Assembly: GCA_048213135.1 (NCBI GenBank)
Contig: PS015296.1
Location: forward strand, 1-64,000
DNA length: 64,000 bases
From: Reclinomonas americana ATCC 50394
Lineage: Eukaryota
Direction: 5' to 3'
A program made the position numbers and the translations under genes. Below are positions 62,009 to 64,000 of the stretch, in pieces; the first letter of the stretch is position 1; every line of letters begins with the position of its first letter. Under the pieces are notes generated by a model. It saw only the letters and a program-made list of their open reading frames with translations. It was not told where the DNA came from and made no database searches.

Positions 62009-64000
62009 ATGGCAAGTGGCAGTGGAGAGCACGATGAGTTGCGTTACTCGCCTCGCGCTCTCCCTCCTGTCCGCATGTGATTAATATTGACTTGTCGCAT
62101 GCAGTGCCTCATTGCGGGAGGAAGACTCTGGCCCCGTTTCCGCTCCTGCGGCCGGTGCAGCTGACGAAGGTGCGCATGATCTCCTCACTTCTTCTTCTTG
62201 TTGTTGTTCATTCTTGTTTCTTGTTGTCCTCTTCCTCCTGCTTCCTCTTCTTCTTCTTGCTGTTGTTCTTGTTGTCCACCTCCTCCTGCTGCTTCTTCTT
62301 CTTCTTCTTCTCGTTCTCCTCCTCTTTTTCTTCCTCCTTGTCCTCCTCCTCCTCCCCGTCTTCCTCCTCCTCCTCCTCCTCCTCCTCTTCCTTCTCCCTC
62401 TCCCTCACCTTTTCCCTCTTCTCCTTCCCCCTTCACAGCACCGCTCATCGCACGCACTGTCAAGCCGGTGACCGCCTTCCGCTTCCCGAGTCGGCGTGCA
62501 CTGGCGTCGACTCTGGCCAGCCGCATCGCCGATGCCGTGGAAGGCTTGTCACCTCTCTCTCTTTCTCTCTTCTCCTTTGCCGTTGCTCACTTTTTGGTCC
62601 ACAGCACACCGCCCCATCATCGTGATGCTCACGGGCGACGGAGGCGCCGGCAAGTCGTTCCTGGCCGAGCTGCTGGTGACCGAGTTGCAAGCTACGGGTC
62701 GGTGGAATGGTTCCGCTGTCGCCGCAGAGATGCGTGGCCACATTGGCGAGGTGGAGGAGCACGTCAAGGTGACTCCACTCTTTCTCTGATAATGACTCTT
62801 GTCCAGTCCCTTCTCTCTCACTCACTCTCTCTGTTTGGGCAGCCGGAGAACGCACTGGGCGACTTTCTGCGTGCCTTTGTGGTGGCACAGATGCGGGTGG
62901 ACGAAGACAAAGGCCGCCGAATGTCCAATCAAGTGGAGGCCCTGCTGGCGAGTGAGCAGCTGGCGCCTGCACAGCGTCTCCTGCGCCAGCTGATGCACGC
63001 GTCGACGGGGGTGATGGTGCTCGACAATGTCGGTTCGGCGGCGCAAGTGAGCGAGGTGGTGTGCTGCTCGGCTGGTGAGTCGAGCATCTCCTTCCTTCCC
63101 ACTCGCCACGTCTCTCGCTCACTCCACTCCTGCAGATGATCGAGAGGGCGGCAGTGCATTCGTGGCGCCCATCGTGGTGGTGACCAGTCGGCACGGACGA
63201 GTGGCGGATGAGGTGCGCGACGCCATGCTGCACGAGGCAGTGGTGGAGTGTGTGCAAATGGAGAGTGTGGAGAACGACGATATTGTGCAACTGGTGGAGG
63301 AGCGCTTGCGTGAAACAGTGTCGGAGGACGTGCGACGCCGGCTGGTGGAGGCACTCGAGAGTGGACAACAGCTCAACAGCGCCTTGCGTGTCAGTGCCTG
63401 TGTAGGGTGAGTCGGGAGCGCACACACGCTTGTTGACCGCTCTATCTCCTGATCCCGCTCACCTCCTCCTTTTGCATGACACAGCTGGCTCCTGTCGCAG
63501 TCGGCGGCACAATTGGAGCGAGTGCAGCTGGAGGAGGTGCTGAGTGGCATTGGTGGCGACGCGCTGTCGCAGCTGCTCGAGCGCAACATCATGTCGCAGA
63601 CGCCGGCCGCTCGCCGCATGCTGCTGCTGATCACGGCGTGCAAGGAATTCGGCTTGCCGATGACACGGGCGCTCGCACGAGTGGCCGTCAGTGTGCTGCG
63701 CGAGATTCCAGAGCTGACGGTGGAGGTGGATGAGGTGGGTGGTGGTGCAGCAGAGGCGCATGCATATGCGGCGGAGGCCGGCCATCTGGTGGAACTGAGC
63801 CAGTGCGTTCGACTACTGCGACTGCACGAGCTGGCGCTGGATAGGCGACTCCGCGCACCCGACTTGGTGGGCGAGCGACGGCAGTTTGACGAGATGGACG
63901 AGGAGGAGGAGCAACGAGTTCGCGCACGGCGTGCCGAGTTGACGAGCGGAGGAGGAGGCGGAGACGCCAGTGTGGATCACGTGCTCGAGGGTCTGTGCTT
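62009..64000 (+). CDS. STAND-class (NB-ARC/NACHT-like) P-loop NTPase, multi-exon, runs off the window
   Basis: Walker A IIVMLTGDGGAGKSFLA; Walker B VMVLDNV; sensor-1 IVVVTSR; GxP-like FGLPM. Confidence 0.7.

Overview
Gene-dense, GC-rich, intron-rich eukaryotic DNA, probably from a flagellated protist (an IQCE-like and a Roadblock/LC7-like gene are present); the organism cannot be named from sequence alone. There are seven N-gaps and many GA/CA microsatellites in introns. About 29 genes or gene fragments can be reconstructed by hand-splicing. Housekeeping genes include proteasome beta1, M17 aminopeptidase, DDAH, MAPEG, a BRPF/Jade-like PHD protein, a CTDSPL2-like phosphatase, a USP5/13-like DUB, NSE1, a PPIE-type RRM protein, SMIM13 and a twin-CX9C protein. 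There is also a giant FN3 membrane protein, a WD40-coiled-coil-RLK/Pelle kinase fusion and a STAND-type NTPase. Two observations stand out. (1) At least 22 introns use a GTTGCG donor and several more use GTTGAG/GTTGTG/GTTTCG, i.e. the usual GTGCG/GTGAG motif shifted by one base (G at +6, not +5), nearly always after exons not ending in G. (2) An 11-kb cluster interleaves three paralogous putative Ig-fold (CudA/STAT-like) transcription factors with three paralogous WD40 proteins that share a novel SOCS/F-box-like C-terminal motif. All gene models are manual and unverified by transcript data or database searches.
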